From: Eledone cirrhosa
Lineage: Eukaryota
Reading direction: 5' to 3'
Assembly: GCA_964016885.1 (NCBI GenBank)
Contig: OZ024741.1
Location: forward strand, 77,872,001 to 77,936,000
Length of the DNA stretch: 64,000 bases
The notes below the pieces were generated by a model, which worked only from the letters and a program-made list of their open reading frames with translations, was not told where the DNA came from and searched no databases. Every line of letters starts with the position of its first letter. Position 1 is the first letter of the stretch. Made by a program: the position numbers and the translations under genes. Positions 1 through 12,750 of the stretch are shown one piece after another.

Positions 1-1939
1 CACAATTTGTTGTTATTTCACATATAGTTTTAAATCTTAATGGTTGAGTGTCCAAGTCTCCCAAATATAAAGCAGAGTTGAGAGAACAACTGCCTTAATT
101 AGTAAAGACTTGGTGTATAAGTTTTTCACATGCAATGTGAGCAACTTTAATTTTATTATTGGTGTCTTTTCCACAGATTCCTTCATTTAACAAAATGGAA
201 CAAAAACAAGAAAATTAGCTGACAGTTTTCAATGTGTGACTTCTTGCATTCCAAAATGCTGATATGCTACTGTGTCCTTAGAAGATTGAAAAACCCACCT
301 TTTAACCTAAAGAAGAGATCTACACCAGGTTTGTCAGGAGGTAAATTGTTAATCATAGTAGAAAGATATAAATTATATAGTGTTGGTACTATTATTTCAA
401 ACCACCAATAATAGGGAAAAGATCTGATAAGGTACCTGGCTGACAGACTTTTCCAAGCATGCCACCTTGGAAAGAGAGAAACAGAGAGATAAAATGATTA
501 AGGGCAACCAAAAACATACTAAAGTGGCCTACATTTCTGCTCTTGGCAATTTGACAAAGGTATTCTGTAGGTCCAAGAAAATAAACATAAGTGTTTACTG
601 TTGTTCTCAACTTTCCTCCTGAAGATTTCATGTACAGAAAACCATGTCAACACCCCTGGAGGGTCAAAAACTCCATTGAGATTCAGGAAGAACATCCTTT
701 GTCAGTGTTATTAGCCTGTCGAAGAAGATGCATGCAAAGATCTTGCCAACAATGCTCAACACATTTAATTGAACAGAAGAGGTTAGCCCATCTTACACTT
801 GATAACCACTCATTATCAGAGAATAAGAAGCACCTCCAAGAAAGAACAAAGCTATGTCAGAAATATCTATGGGAACTCAAAAATAGTTGGTAGCAAACAT
901 AGGACAAAGAACTTCAACAATATACTAACAAACAAGATATATGTCATGTCTATGCTGCTACTAAGGAAATTTTTGGTTGCACCCAGTCATCGTTATGAGG
1001 TCTTGAGGACACAGATAATACAACCTTTCCTACTGATCCAAAAAATATCCTGCTACATTGGCGATCACACTTCCAAAGTCTTGTAAACGATCACTCTTCA
1101 ACTCAAGATCACGTTAGAACATCCCCACCTCCAGCTTCCTACCTGGGAATAGATGTATGTCCCCATCACCATCTCACCATGAATTCACAAAAGCTTAAAA
1201 ATGAAATCAGACACACACTTATATACAAGGAAATGGAAATGTGACCTAATCCATTTATAATCCTCTCCATTATCACTTCTGAATAACCATTCTCACCATT
1301 ACTGTACTCCTCTGCCAGGATCTCCCCCATACCTGCCTTTTTTTACACCACCAAGCCAAATACACAACAATTATCATACAACCATGAAATATTTTCTCAC
1401 CCCTTTTCTTTCTTATATTGCTCCCTAAATCCCACTAAACTTGTCATACATTATGACTCCATACTTATTCTCCCATCCCACTCACCTGTTGGAACTCACC
1501 TATGACATCATACTTATCATCTGTCACACTCCTCCCTCCTCTTAAATGCATCTCACTTGAGACAGGTCATCACCCCACCCATAGGGTAGAGAGGGCTCTT
1601 CAGTTGAGTCAAACATTGATGCGCCCAGTACACCCAGCAAAGAGGTTGACATTAGGAAGGGCATCCAGCTGTAGAAAACTTACCAAATAAAGGATTGAGG
1701 AGACTTATGAAAAAGCCATGACAGTCTACCTAGAGTTGGTGTCACAATAAAATGTATCCAGTGGAGTATACAAAATGAAGAAAGGTATGTGAGATGTGAC
1801 TCCAGGTCTATCTAAGAAGCCAATGGTATTGATTATAATGAATAGAAAAAAAACTTTAATTAACTGAGACTATCCAAGAAATTTAAAGTTCACTCACACA
1901 TGTATACTCATACTAACAATAAATCTATGGCACACCTAC

Positions 1940-2085
1940 CTCCATGAGATACCGTTTTCCTTGATATAAATGCTCTGATCCCAGAATATTTTGGCTTCCC
2001 CAGTGGAATTCTATTTCAGTTGCAATATATTTCCCTTTCAGATCTTTGCCATACACCTCCAAGCCTGGAGGCATTTTTAATGACA
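1940..2085 (-). CDS. Alpha-CA-like gene, coding exon 4 (VSLKMPPGLEVYGKDLKGKYIATEIEFHWGSQNILGSEHLYQGKRYLME); the gene continues left of the window
   Basis: TTTACAG acceptor and GAG|GTAGGT donor, in frame with exon 3. FHWG and GSEH...G.RY.ME alpha-CA motifs. Confidence 0.9.
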
Positions 2086-3305
2086 CTGTAAAAGCATTCA
2101 ATGAATTGTTGATTGTTAGTAGTAGTTAGATTGTCTAGAATTCCTTGAAGGTTGTAGCAACAGGCTGTTGTTCCCATAATTGGGTACAAACCTTACAATA
2201 GAAAGAACATTTAAAAAGTGTTCAGATGAGAGGATGGGTTTTCCGATGGAATAGGGTGGCACCAACATTTTTGGCATGCTCAAGAATGGGATACAAAATA
2301 TCTGTAATGAGAACATAGATTATAAATGCAAATTAAAATAAATCTTTTAACAAACCAGAGATGCCATTAAGCCAGGGATTAGCTTGCTTTTAGAGGCTAT
2401 TCAATCAAGAAAATCTACATAGAAGAACCAGGTACTTATTCTCTGCAGGGGGCAAACAAAAGGAAAATAAAATAAAGGGTGATGTTGGTAGAGAGCTAGA
2501 CTCCTTTGCATAGATGTTTGGGGATAAATGGGTCATGCCATATGCAGACTGGTACAGTTACATCCATTTTCAATGCTGGCATTGATTGGACAGGATGTCA
2601 AGCTCAGAGACTAAGCAGGCTGGATGACCACATCCTGCTTCTACATTTCAGTTTAGTATAGTTTCTACAACTGACTGCCCTTCCTAATTTCAACCACTTA
2701 ACAAAGTATATAGAGTGGGATGAGTGCATTTTATCATAATACCAACGATACCAATTTACAGAGGGGGCTGATTGCATTTTATTATGATACCAACACAACC
2801 ACTTTATAGAGTGGGCTGAGTGTATTTTATGTCATCAGCACCATCATATGCAGGAAAGTGCCATTCAATACTCCTTCCTTGGCAACAGGCCTAAGTCATG
2901 AACATTGAATCCAGTTTTGTAGTTACTAGCTAATTTACCTCTACAAGGTAAAACAATTTCTTGAAGAGGTCTCAATTAGATTCCTTCCTATACAAGTAAA
3001 TTTAAAAAAAAATGTAGAATTAAGTGTCTTTCAAAGAAAAACAATCAAATATCATAGCAGTAGTGTGATATATCTGCACAGATATTTTTACTATTGGTAT
3101 AAGGAGAGAGAGAGGGAGAACGAGGGGGGGGGGGAGAAGAAGAAGAAGGTTTAACTGCATAATCTTAAAGAAAACAACATTGAAAGGTAATGGGTGGTGT
3201 GTATATGTTGGGAAGTTAGTTCTGTTGTCATTGTGGAACCTTCTACATGGCTGCTCTAGAAATTACAGTCAGCTATCTTCTATATAACATCCTAACACTC
3301 TAGGC

Positions 3306-4425
3306 CAGGGGTGGGCAAACGACAGATAGCAGGCCAAATACGGCCTGCCAAAGAGTTTTGTGCGGCCCATAGAAGCATTTGGCTAATTAATAAAAAAAAA
3401 TTAAAATAAAAAAATGTTTGTATATACTACTTAAGTCAAGACTAGATCGAGTTACGTTTTTGTACCAGAGAGAGCAGAGAGACAGAGGGCAGGAGTGACC
3501 ATTTTATTTCAAATAACAGGCACAGCATAACAACTGTGCATGCGCAGCTGTTGACATCTACATTTTGTTTCCACAACAACGCCGTGACATAATTTCTTCT
3601 GACCATGATAATTACTCCTGCTAAAACACACAAAATTGACCAAGAACGTTGTGTTCCAAGAAGATTGGCTACACAAGTGTTTCTTTACCAGTGCCAAGAA
3701 TAAAGCAGTGTGTTTGCTGTGTCAAGAGACAATTGCTGTGTTCAAAGATTACAATTTAAAGTGACATCACCAAACAAAATACAAGGGTATTGCTCTCAAC
3801 ATGTCCAATGAAGAACGGAGGAGAAAGGCAATGGATTTTGTGACAAAACTGAACAAGCCAAAAATTATGTTTACAAAATTATCATTGCATCATGAGAGTG
3901 CCATAGAAGCAGGTTTTATTGTAGCATACAATCTTGCAAAAAAAACAACATACCATTCTCGGATGGAGAGTTTCTAAAACAATGTTTTCTATGTTGGGGT
4001 CAACTTACATCTGTGAACAGAGTTTTTCTTGTCTTAAAATAAACAAGTCCAAGAACAGATCCATGATTTCAGACACAAACCTGCATGCAGTGCTGAGAAT
4101 TTCTACCAGCAACCTTGTACCAGATTTTTAAAAAATTGTAACAAATTGTGACCAGTTGCATTTGTCACATTAAATTGCTTGTGCTGGTATGTTTTGTTAT
4201 GTACAGACACAAATTAAAAGAAAACTTTGTTTTAAGATTTTGGTATTTAATCATTTTATTAATTTATTTATTATAATGATGCAGTTTATATTTTATATTT
4301 TCTAAATTCTAACTAAAGAAAATTAAGGTTACTGGCACACAATATCCAATAATAAATGGCGCAGTCCTCTGGTGTTCATGACCCAGTTAATATGGCCCCC
4401 AATCCAAAACGTTTGCCCACCCCTA
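3306..4425 (+). mobile_element. Internally deleted hAT transposon (Charlie/SPIN/GTF2IRD2-like)
   Basis: 15-bp TIRs CAGGGGTGGGCAAAC / GTTTGCCCACCCCTA and a degenerate 8-bp TSD (CTCTAGGC/ACCTAGGC). Remnant N-terminal zinc finger (AVCLLC...YNLK*HH) joined to a C-terminal dimerisation motif (GSTYICEQSFS). Confidence 0.85.
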
Positions 4426-4899
4426 ACCTAGGCTATCTCAACAATACGTGACTCTTCTCCCAAATAAAATAATTTCAACTTACATTTTGGCAGGCTTACA
4501 AACATGAATTTTGATACTTCTTTCTCTGACTACACAAAGAAAATAATTAAGCCTGTATTTTCTACTACACAGTCTGCACTCATCCATACCAAATCATGTT
4601 ACATAAAACCCTCTCAACTACTATGTGGCAATGATGTTTAGTGATATATGTATTCAGCATAAAAAATTATAATATATTTGAGTTAATTACATAAATTTGT
4701 AAAAACTGATTGTTTAAGGGTCAATAATGTACCTCTCTGAGGTCTTAATGGTAGCACTGGCCTTGCCTTTCATCTGAGAAAAGAAAAGTATACGAAAAAA
4801 GTTATAATCACAGATGGACTGCCTTTGATCGTAAGTCTGCTTGAACAGGGCTGACTTGGGCTACTCAACAACAACACTAGCAACAGCATTAACATTTAC

Positions 4900-5064
4900 C
4901 TGTTTGTCCTGTATTCACCAATTCCAAATCATTCCAGACTTTATCGTACCCCTCAAAAAGTAAAATTTGCTCTGGCTTATATATAATGTTTTCCTCAACA
5001 ATGGCCACGGGAGACTGACTATAGCCTTTACATGAAGGAGACTCGGTTGCCCATTGGTTTTCAT
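4900..5064 (-). CDS. Alpha-CA-like gene, coding exon 3 (DENQWATESPSCKGYSQSPVAI...LVNTGQT)
   Basis: TTTACAG acceptor, CAG|GTAAAT donor, 165 nt, phase 1-1. Carries the alpha-CA motifs W...C.G..QSP(V/I).I and N.G(H/Q)T. Confidence 0.9.
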
Positions 5065-5171
5065 CTGTAAACAAGAAAAATAAATAGCAAAGTAAAACAA
5101 AACAAAACACACCACACACACTCATATTCACACATTCATGCAAATATATCCATATAATAAAGAACATATAT

Positions 5172-8100
5172 TACCACATATACTTGTGTATAAGCAGAGA
5201 AATATGTGAAAAAAAAATCAATGGTAAAATGAGTGATAGACTTATATTCAAGGTCAATATTTTGCCAATTTTCCCCAAATTCAACAGCTATGTAAAAAAG
5301 GTGCCAACATATTTGCAATGATTACTTTACAATGATACACTGTTTTACTACATTTTAGAAATTTTTTATAGCACGTATTTCATTCGATTTGTATGTTAAA
5401 TAAAAACCTGTTACATTCAGAAGATGACATGTCGATATGTAACACAAACTTTAAAAAAACCGACAACCACCTGATCACCTATAGATCAGGGGAGCACTCC
5501 AGTCAGATAGATTTTATCCTCATCAGAGGACGTGACAGATGGACGGTCGTAAACACAAAAGCCTTCCCTAGTGAGGAATGTACATCCCAACATAGCTTAG
5601 TTGTCAGCGACCTCACGGTCAGGACTAGATGAACCTGGAAACAGAGGCCAACCTGGAGAAGAAAGATCTGGAAGCTGAAAGACCCCTCAACCAGTAACAG
5701 ATTTAAAGATATTTTACTCAACGACAGTAAAGAAGAACAGATAGAGACATTCAATGTAGAAGAGAACTGGGAGTTCCTAAAAAATAATTTACTAGAGGCG
5801 ACGGATGAGGTCTGTGGCTGGAGTAAGATCTCAAGCAGGAGGAGAGTGACTTGGTGGTGGAACAATAAGGTAGATGAAGCAGTTAAGGCCAAGAGACAGG
5901 CATGGAAAGAATGGAAGAACGGGGGGAGCAGGGTACATTACATAGAGACCAAGAGGGAAGCTAGGCGACAAGTATACTTAGCTAGGAGGGAAGCAGAGGA
6001 TAGAAAATTCAAGCATGTTTTGCAACGTGAGGACCAGAAACAGGAGGTGTTCAAGATTGCGAGGCAGTGTGTCAAAGATAGTTGTGATGTCATTGGAGAG
6101 AAGTGTATCCGGAATGATAAAGGTGAGCTTGCCCTAACAAGTGCTGAGAAGAAAGATGCATGGAAGAGTCATTATGATAGATTACTAAATGAGGAGAATG
6201 CATGGGAAGAAGAGACCCTACCCCAAGTAGACCCTATAGAGGGGCCAGCAGTACAAGTCAGCAGCAACGTAATAAGTAAGGCAATCAAAGATATGAAGAT
6301 GGGGAAGGCAACCGGTCCATCGGGTATAGCTGCCGAGATGCTGAAGGCACCTGGGTCTGTAGGTCACACTATAACCACACGTATTGTTAACTAGGTAATA
6401 CTAGAAGGTGTCATACCAAAAGATTGGTGCAGTAGCATCATTGTCAACTGCTACAAAGGTAAAGGTGATGCACTAGATAGAGGAAACTATAGAGGTATGA
6501 AGTTGATGGACCAGGTCATGAAAGTAACAGAAAGAGTTATAGCACAGCTGATTAGGGACCGGGTGAAAATAGACGAGATGCCATTTGGGTTTGTACCAGG
6601 AAGAGGCACCACTGATGCCCTCTTCCTTGTGAGGCAGTTACAGGAAAAGTACCTAGCTAAAAGTAAGCCACTCTACTTGGCATTTGTCGACCTTGAGAAA
6701 GCCTTTGACAGAGTTCCACGTGCTGTAATCTGGTGGACTCATAGAAAACTAGGAGTAGATGAATGGCTTGTGAAAGCGGTACAAGCCATGTATAGGGGAG
6801 CAGTCAGCAAAGTTAGGATTAGCAATGAGTATAGCGAGGAATTTAGCGTACAGGTTGGGGTCCACCAGGGCTCTGTTCTTAGCCCCTCCTGTTCATCATA
6901 GTCCTGCAGGCAATAACGGAGGAGTTTAAGACTGGATGCCCATGGGAACTCCTGTATGCTGATGACCTCGCACTTATAGCTGAATCTATGGTAGAACTAG
7001 AGAATAAATTCCAAACTTGGAAGCAGGGACTAGAAAGAAAGGGTCTCAAAGTCAACATGACAAAGACTAAGGTCCTTGTAAGTAGATGAGAAAACAGAAC
7101 CCAGATCCCCTCAGGGAAATGGCCTTGCTCAGTATGTAGGAAAGGTGTAGGTAGGAACTCCATTCACTACCCCAAATGCAAACAATAGGTACTCAAGAGA
7201 TGTAGCGGGATCTCAGGAAGCTTAATTAAGAATGTAGGCTTCACATGCAGCAGCTGTGCTGGGACAGCAAGCAGCAAACAGCCACAGGAAACAAGTACCA
7301 CCAATCTCTGGGAGGGCTCTGTAGAAACAGTAGACAGCTTCTGCTACCTAGGTGACCGAATTAGCAGCGGAGGTGGGTGTTCAGAAAGTACAATAACTAG
7401 GGTAAGAACGGGATGGAAGAAGTTTAGGGAACTACTACCACTGCTAGCTGCAAAAGGCTTCTCCCTCAGAATGAAAGGCAGACTGTATGATGCGTGTATC
7501 CGAACAGCGATGTTGCATGGTAGTGAGACCTGGGCGCTGAAGGTGGAAGACTTACGTAGATTAGAGAGAAATGAAGCCTACATGCTCCGATGGATGTGTA
7601 ACAGTAATATACGTGAACGACAAAGTATAAATGAATTGAGAGAGAGACTGAGCATAAGAGGAATCAAATGCTGTGTGCAGGAGAGGCGGTTGCGCTGGTA
7701 TGGACATGTGATGCGTATGAAGGATGACAGCTGCATAAAAAGGTGCAGAGCACTAGAAGTCGATGGAAACCGCGGAGTGGGGAGATCCAAGATGACCTGG
7801 GATGAGGTGATAAAAGCCAACCTTACCCAATTACACCTCTCAAAGGCAATGACACACGACCGTGACCTCTAGCGTCACGCAGTAATACAGAGTACCCGAC
7901 CTCCCATGGGTACAAGCTGAAGCATATAGACAATATGCCCCCACACCTCCACCGCAAGGTGGTCATGGAGGTGCCACGGCAAAAAAGCACCCAGCCCACA
8001 CTGTAAAGTGGACGTGTAGGCGCCACGAAAAAGCACCCAGCACTCACTGTAAATGAGGTTGGTGTTAGGAAGGGCATCCTGCTCTAGAAATCAAGCCAAA

Positions 8101-8537
8101 TCAGTTCCTGTATGAGCAAGGCATGGTCAGCCGACCAGACACTGCCCACAACAGGACAACCCGTCTAACCCATGCTAGCGTGGAAGAATGGACGTAAAAC
8201 GGTGATGATGATGACTCTATTGATGACTGCTAAAAGAAGTAAACAAAAATTTGAGAAACTAATTGAAACTCTATGAAGTATATGAAATGGTAAAAACTCA
8301 TTAAGTAATGAAGTTGTGAAACACAAACTATACCCTAAACAACACTTAAAAACATTTTAGATATCAAAATATTAAAACTTCATAAAAATATTCTCCATTC
8401 ACGAGAATATACAAATCTGTGCCATCTAAACATATGTGTTGGCTTATACAAGGGGTTTGGATTTTTACCCATTTCTCAGACACAAAATAGAGGGTTGGTT
8501 TATACTTGAATTGGTTTATACACAAGTATATGTGGTA
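5172..8537. mobile_element. Tc2/pogo-like MITE split by an RTE LINE insertion
   Basis: Inverted termini TACCACATATACTTGTGTATAA at about 5172 and TTATACACAAGTATATGTGGTA ending at about 8537. A related copy without the LINE lies at about 11600-12020. Confidence 0.6.
5427..8213 (+). mobile_element. 5'-truncated, frameshifted RTE-clade LINE
   Basis: APE C-terminus (ITYRSG..SQIDFIL..SQH), RT motifs (FVDLEKAFDRV, GVHQGS, LLYADD), RLRWYGHV C-terminus and (GAT)n tail. Confidence 0.92.
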
Positions 8538-9674
8538 ATTCCATGTACAAATTTGATATTATTAATTGCTTTATTTTTACTGATAAGAAATATACTTCAA
8601 TGAAGGATGAGCATTAAAGGAAAGAGAATTGGAAGTTATGATGTTCACGCTTTTCCAAAGTAGATTGGTGAAGTAAGAATTGGAGTCTGGCTCATAAACC
8701 CTGCTGGGAGTTTACAAAGGGAGTAATTCTCCTCAGTAATATTATTGGTAATTATTTTATCAGCCTAGTTCTTAAATTCAGGAAGTATCAAACTAAGTAA
8801 ACTAAGTTTTTTCTGTACCTACTTCAAACAGCACAAACATTTCTTTCCACCTTTTCACAGTGCCCAGACTGATTGCTTACTTTCCAGTTTGTACAAAGTT
8901 GTATACGGCATCACTCAACTTTCTTGGTGAATTGAATTCATACAACACTTGTCAATTATATACTGCTGTTAGTGCTTACCATATTCCAATGGGTTGGAGG
9001 TCAACTTGCTGCCAATACCCTCTGTATGCCTTGGTATGTTGTGGCTGATGATACATAGACATCCGCACAGAGAGGTTGCAGAGATTTCAGGGCAGTGAGC
9101 AGGTGTGATCACCTTATGTTAGAGATATAAATATATTGGCTATTAGACTTTTAGACAGAACTGCAGTCCTGGATCAAGCTAAGATCCAGGACAGAGGAAC
9201 CTGAAATCGCCAGTGCTCTATACAATGGAATAGTCTACTATGAAAATTCTGAATTAAGAGATACATAAAAGATGAAGCATATAAGCCAAGAGTTTACCTA
9301 GGAGGGTCGCATGCCAAGTGAACATACATACACACACTGTATTTTCTGGTGTATAAGAGAATTCTTTTACTCCCAAAATTTGATTTTGAAATCTGTCAGC
9401 ATACTATACACCAAAGTAATAATATACATATAATATACAATATACACAAGCCATGTATATATAAGTCTAGCTGTATATTAACTTTTTTGTCCAAACTTCA
9501 AAATAAGGGAATGTCTAATACACCACTGTCTGATATCCCAAAAAGTACAGTATACGCACAAATCAACCATAATATTATGCCATGTAAGTTTGTATATTTA
9601 TATATATATAAACGGAAAAAATGAAACAAAATTTCATTTCTCACTCTTAGTACGGCTGTTACTTAAATATAAGT

Positions 9675-9991
9675 ATGTATACGTACATACATATATGTAT
9701 ACAGACGTACAGTAGTATGTATATGTATATACATACATGCACACATATATATATGTACGTATGGATTCACCAAACATTTATTATAATGCTCGGTGTGTTT
9801 GTAAACAAACATCCCGAATTAAGCCGTACAGTGTCTAGCAACCATCGTTGCTTAATTCGGGATGTTTGTTTACAAACACACCTAGCATTATAATAAATGT
9901 TCTGTGAATCCATACGTACATATATATATGTGTGCATGTATGTATATATATATACATACTACTGTACGTCTGTATACATATATGTATGTAC

Positions 9992-9995
<4 letters not shown>
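9675..9995. repeat. Foldback (about 150-bp inverted arms) of a Penelope-type non-autonomous repeat
   Basis: Arms about 9675-9822 and 9850-9995 are reverse complements. Same family as 30070-30690. Confidence 0.85.
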
Positions 9996-10059
<64 letters not shown>

Positions 10060-10505
10060 GGAGGCACATGGTTTAATGGTTAGAGCATTGGGCTTGCAAT
10101 CGAAAGGTTGTGAGTTCAATTCTCGGACCGGGTGATGTGTTGTTTCCTTGAGCAAGACACTTTATTTCAGATTGCTCCAGTTTACTCAGCTGTAGAAATG
10201 AGATGATAGGACTGGGGTCCCTATTATTCCACTGCAAAGTGGTCGTGGAGGTGCCACGGCAAAAAAGCACCCAGCCCACACTGTAAAGTGGACATGTAGG
10301 CGCCACGGACAAAAAGCATCCAGCACACACTATAAATGAGGTTGGTGTTAGGAAGGGCATCCAGCTGTAGAAATGAAGTCAGAATCAGCTCCTGTATGAG
10401 CAAGACAAGGTCAGCCAACTGGACACTGCCCACAACAGAACAACCCGTCTAACCCATGCTAGCATGGAAGAACGGACGTAAAACGGTGATGATGCTGATG
10501 ATGAT
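10060..10505 (+). mobile_element. tRNA-derived SINE with RTE-derived 3' tail (cephalopod OK-type)
   Basis: A-box TGGTTTAATGG and B-box GAGTTCAATTC. The tail is nearly identical to the RTE 3' end at 7960-8213 and ends in (GAT)n. Confidence 0.85.
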
Positions 10506-10769
10506 ATATATCTCTGTCTGTAATTTCTCTAATGTAAACCATTAATTTATCAAAACATAAATTACCCGGTCAATATGATTGTTCAGATATCCGGTAATCT
10601 TGTTATATAGGGCATACCAATCCTGGACTCCAAAAATTAAATACGTTTAACATTATTGCCAGTATTATTGATGGCATGGGATGGAGCCACTAGTATAGAC
10701 AAACACATGCACCTACATACAGAAAAGGGCCTGACAGGTAGATGCTATAACAATAAGATAATAGCGGAG

Positions 10770-11135
10770 ATGGCAATGCGTCCCGATGGAATCACTCTCT
10801 TCCCATTTGAAGGAGATAGATCCCTCATCTGGGATGCTACCTGTTGCGACACGTTCTCTGCCTCCAACTTAGTCACTTCGGCCACAAACTCCAGCACTGC
10901 GGCCCGCCTTGCAGAAGAACAGAAATAAACAAACACCGGGGACTGTCCGGCTACTTCCTCTTCGCACCGGTTGCCGTCGAGATTTCGGGCATACTTGGAC
11001 CCCATACAGTTGAGCTCCTCCACAAAATCGGAACATCGGCGGCCCATTTGAGGAAGGAGCCCCACAAGGTGGGGTGGCTGTTGCAGCGGGTGTCGCTGGC
11101 CATTGTCCGCGAGGCGCAGTCCCTCTGCTGACGTG
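10770..11135 (+). mobile_element. 3' fragment of an RLE-endonuclease non-LTR element (CRE-like)
   Basis: RPDGITLFPF..SLIWDATC.DT...FAPVAVE..G..LLQRVSLAIVR motif. Confidence 0.75.
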
Positions 11136-11366
11136 CCCTAGGCCCAGAGCCTAATTATCCTCCCTCCTTCGCCCCTCCCCATTTTTCTGTGATACTAAAC
11201 TTCTTGCCATATTTTCCTTTTTTCCATTCCATTCTTCTCAATCTAAATTTTCTTTTTTTTTCTTTTTCTTTTAAATTGTATTTACATGATATATTCCATA
11301 AATAAAATACTTTTTCAAAATTACTGAGATCGGTAGCAATAAAGGAGAAAATAACATCACACTTAC

Positions 11367-11384
11367 CATCATGGTAGGTCCATC
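11367..11384 (-). CDS. Alpha-CA-like gene, coding exon 2 (18-nt microexon, G-WTYHD)
   Basis: Polypyrimidine tract plus TTTTACAG acceptor and G|GTAAGT donor, phase 1-1. Supplies the N-terminal W-x-Y motif of alpha-CAs. Confidence 0.8.
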
Positions 11385-11555
11385 CTGTAAAAATAAAAAA
11401 AATATAGATATTAGCTTTGACCATTATTTGAAACTACTATACCAACATGACTAATAAATACATAATAAAACTAGTGACTAAATAATTACAAGCATTTGAA
11501 TTCACCATGCACACACGTTATATATGTAAATATCCATACATATAAATATACATAT

Positions 11556-11599
<44 letters not shown>

Positions 11600-11603
<4 letters not shown>

Positions 11604-12015
11604 CATATAAATTGTATTAAGCAGAGAAATGTGACAAGAAAAAAACACAATGGTAAAATGGGAGGTGGGGTAAGGGGAGGGGCTCATATTCAAAGTCAAT
11701 ATTTGCCAATTTTCACCAACTTCAAAATTCTATGTAAATGAGGTGGTAAAACATTCTCACTTTACAAGTGAATATTATACTGGTTTCACTTTCAACGTGA
11801 AATTCATATTTCCTATTGCTTTTGATAAGTTTTTAATGGATATGGTCTTCAAAACAGTTTGAAATTGGTAAAAATAATCATTACGTGATGTTCTAAAACA
11901 AACCTAAACGACACTTACAACATTTTAAATATGAAAATATTAACACTTTATAAATATATTCTCCACTCATGATAATTTTGCCTATTTCTCAGACATAAAA
12001 CAGGGATTCAATTGG

Positions 12016-12020
<5 letters not shown>
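11600..12020. mobile_element. Second copy of the Tc2-like MITE family
   Basis: Colinear similarity to 5172-5400 plus 8280-8530. Confidence 0.55.
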
Positions 12021-12051
<31 letters not shown>

Positions 12052-12053
<2 letters not shown>

Positions 12054-12332
12054 AAAAGAGATGAAATCGAAAATGCAACTGGAGTCTTATTTTTTTTTTA
12101 AATATATATATTTATTTGGTTCCTTTACCGGTTTCGCAGTTCTTCTGCTTTTCAAAAGGTGAGTTGAGATGGAGGGTCTGTGGTTTTTCTCACATAAAAC
12201 CACAGACCCTCCATCTCAACTCATCTTTTGAAAAGCAGAAGAACTGCGAAACCGGTAAAGGAACCAAATAAATATATATATTTAAAAAAAAAAATAAGAC
12301 TCCAGTTGCATTTTCGATTTCATCTCTTTTTC
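12052..12332. repeat. Near-perfect 136-bp inverted repeat with 8-nt loop; each arm carries a hammerhead-like motif
   Basis: Arms 12052-12187 and 12196-12332 are reverse complements. Confidence 0.95.
12224..12261 (+). ncRNA. Minimal type I hammerhead-like motif with U3-A8 core (mirror copy at 12122-12159, minus strand)
   Basis: YCTT-TTGAAAA-GCAG(AAGAA)CTGC-GAAA-CCGG-TA-AAGG. Confidence 0.6.
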
Positions 12333-12415
12333 TTTATACTTTCACTCGTGTAGGACACCTCGGTTATTTTTCATTTTGTAAAAAAACCCTCACTTTCTAA
12401 TATATATATATATAT

Positions 12416-12750
12416 GGAGGTACATGGCTTAGTGGTTAGAGCATTGGTCTTGCAATCGAAAGGTTGTGAGTTCAATTCTCAGACCGGGTGATGTGTTGTT
12501 TCCTTGAGCAAGACACTTTATTTCACATTGCTCCAGTTTACTCAGCTGTAGAAATGAGATGATAGGGACTGCGGTCCCTATCATTCCACTGCAAAGTGGT
12601 CGTGGAGGTGCCACGGCAAAAAAGCACCCAGCACTCACTGTAAATGAGGTTGGTGTTAGGAAGGGCATCCAGCTGTAGAAATCAAGCCAGAATCAGTTCC
12701 CGTCCCACCCTTGCAAGCAGGGAAAAGCGGACGTAAAATGAAATGATGAT
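12416..12750 (+). mobile_element. OK-type tRNA/RTE-tail SINE
   Basis: Same head, core and tail as 10060-10505. Confidence 0.85.

Noticed and set aside
44-150. Next CA exon (His119 region)
   Set aside because: The minus-strand translation KAVVLSTLLY.WETWTL is an RTE LINE remnant. No CA exon was found left of 1940.
10060-10135. tRNA gene
   Set aside because: This is a SINE head continuing into core and LINE tail, with multiple copies in the window.
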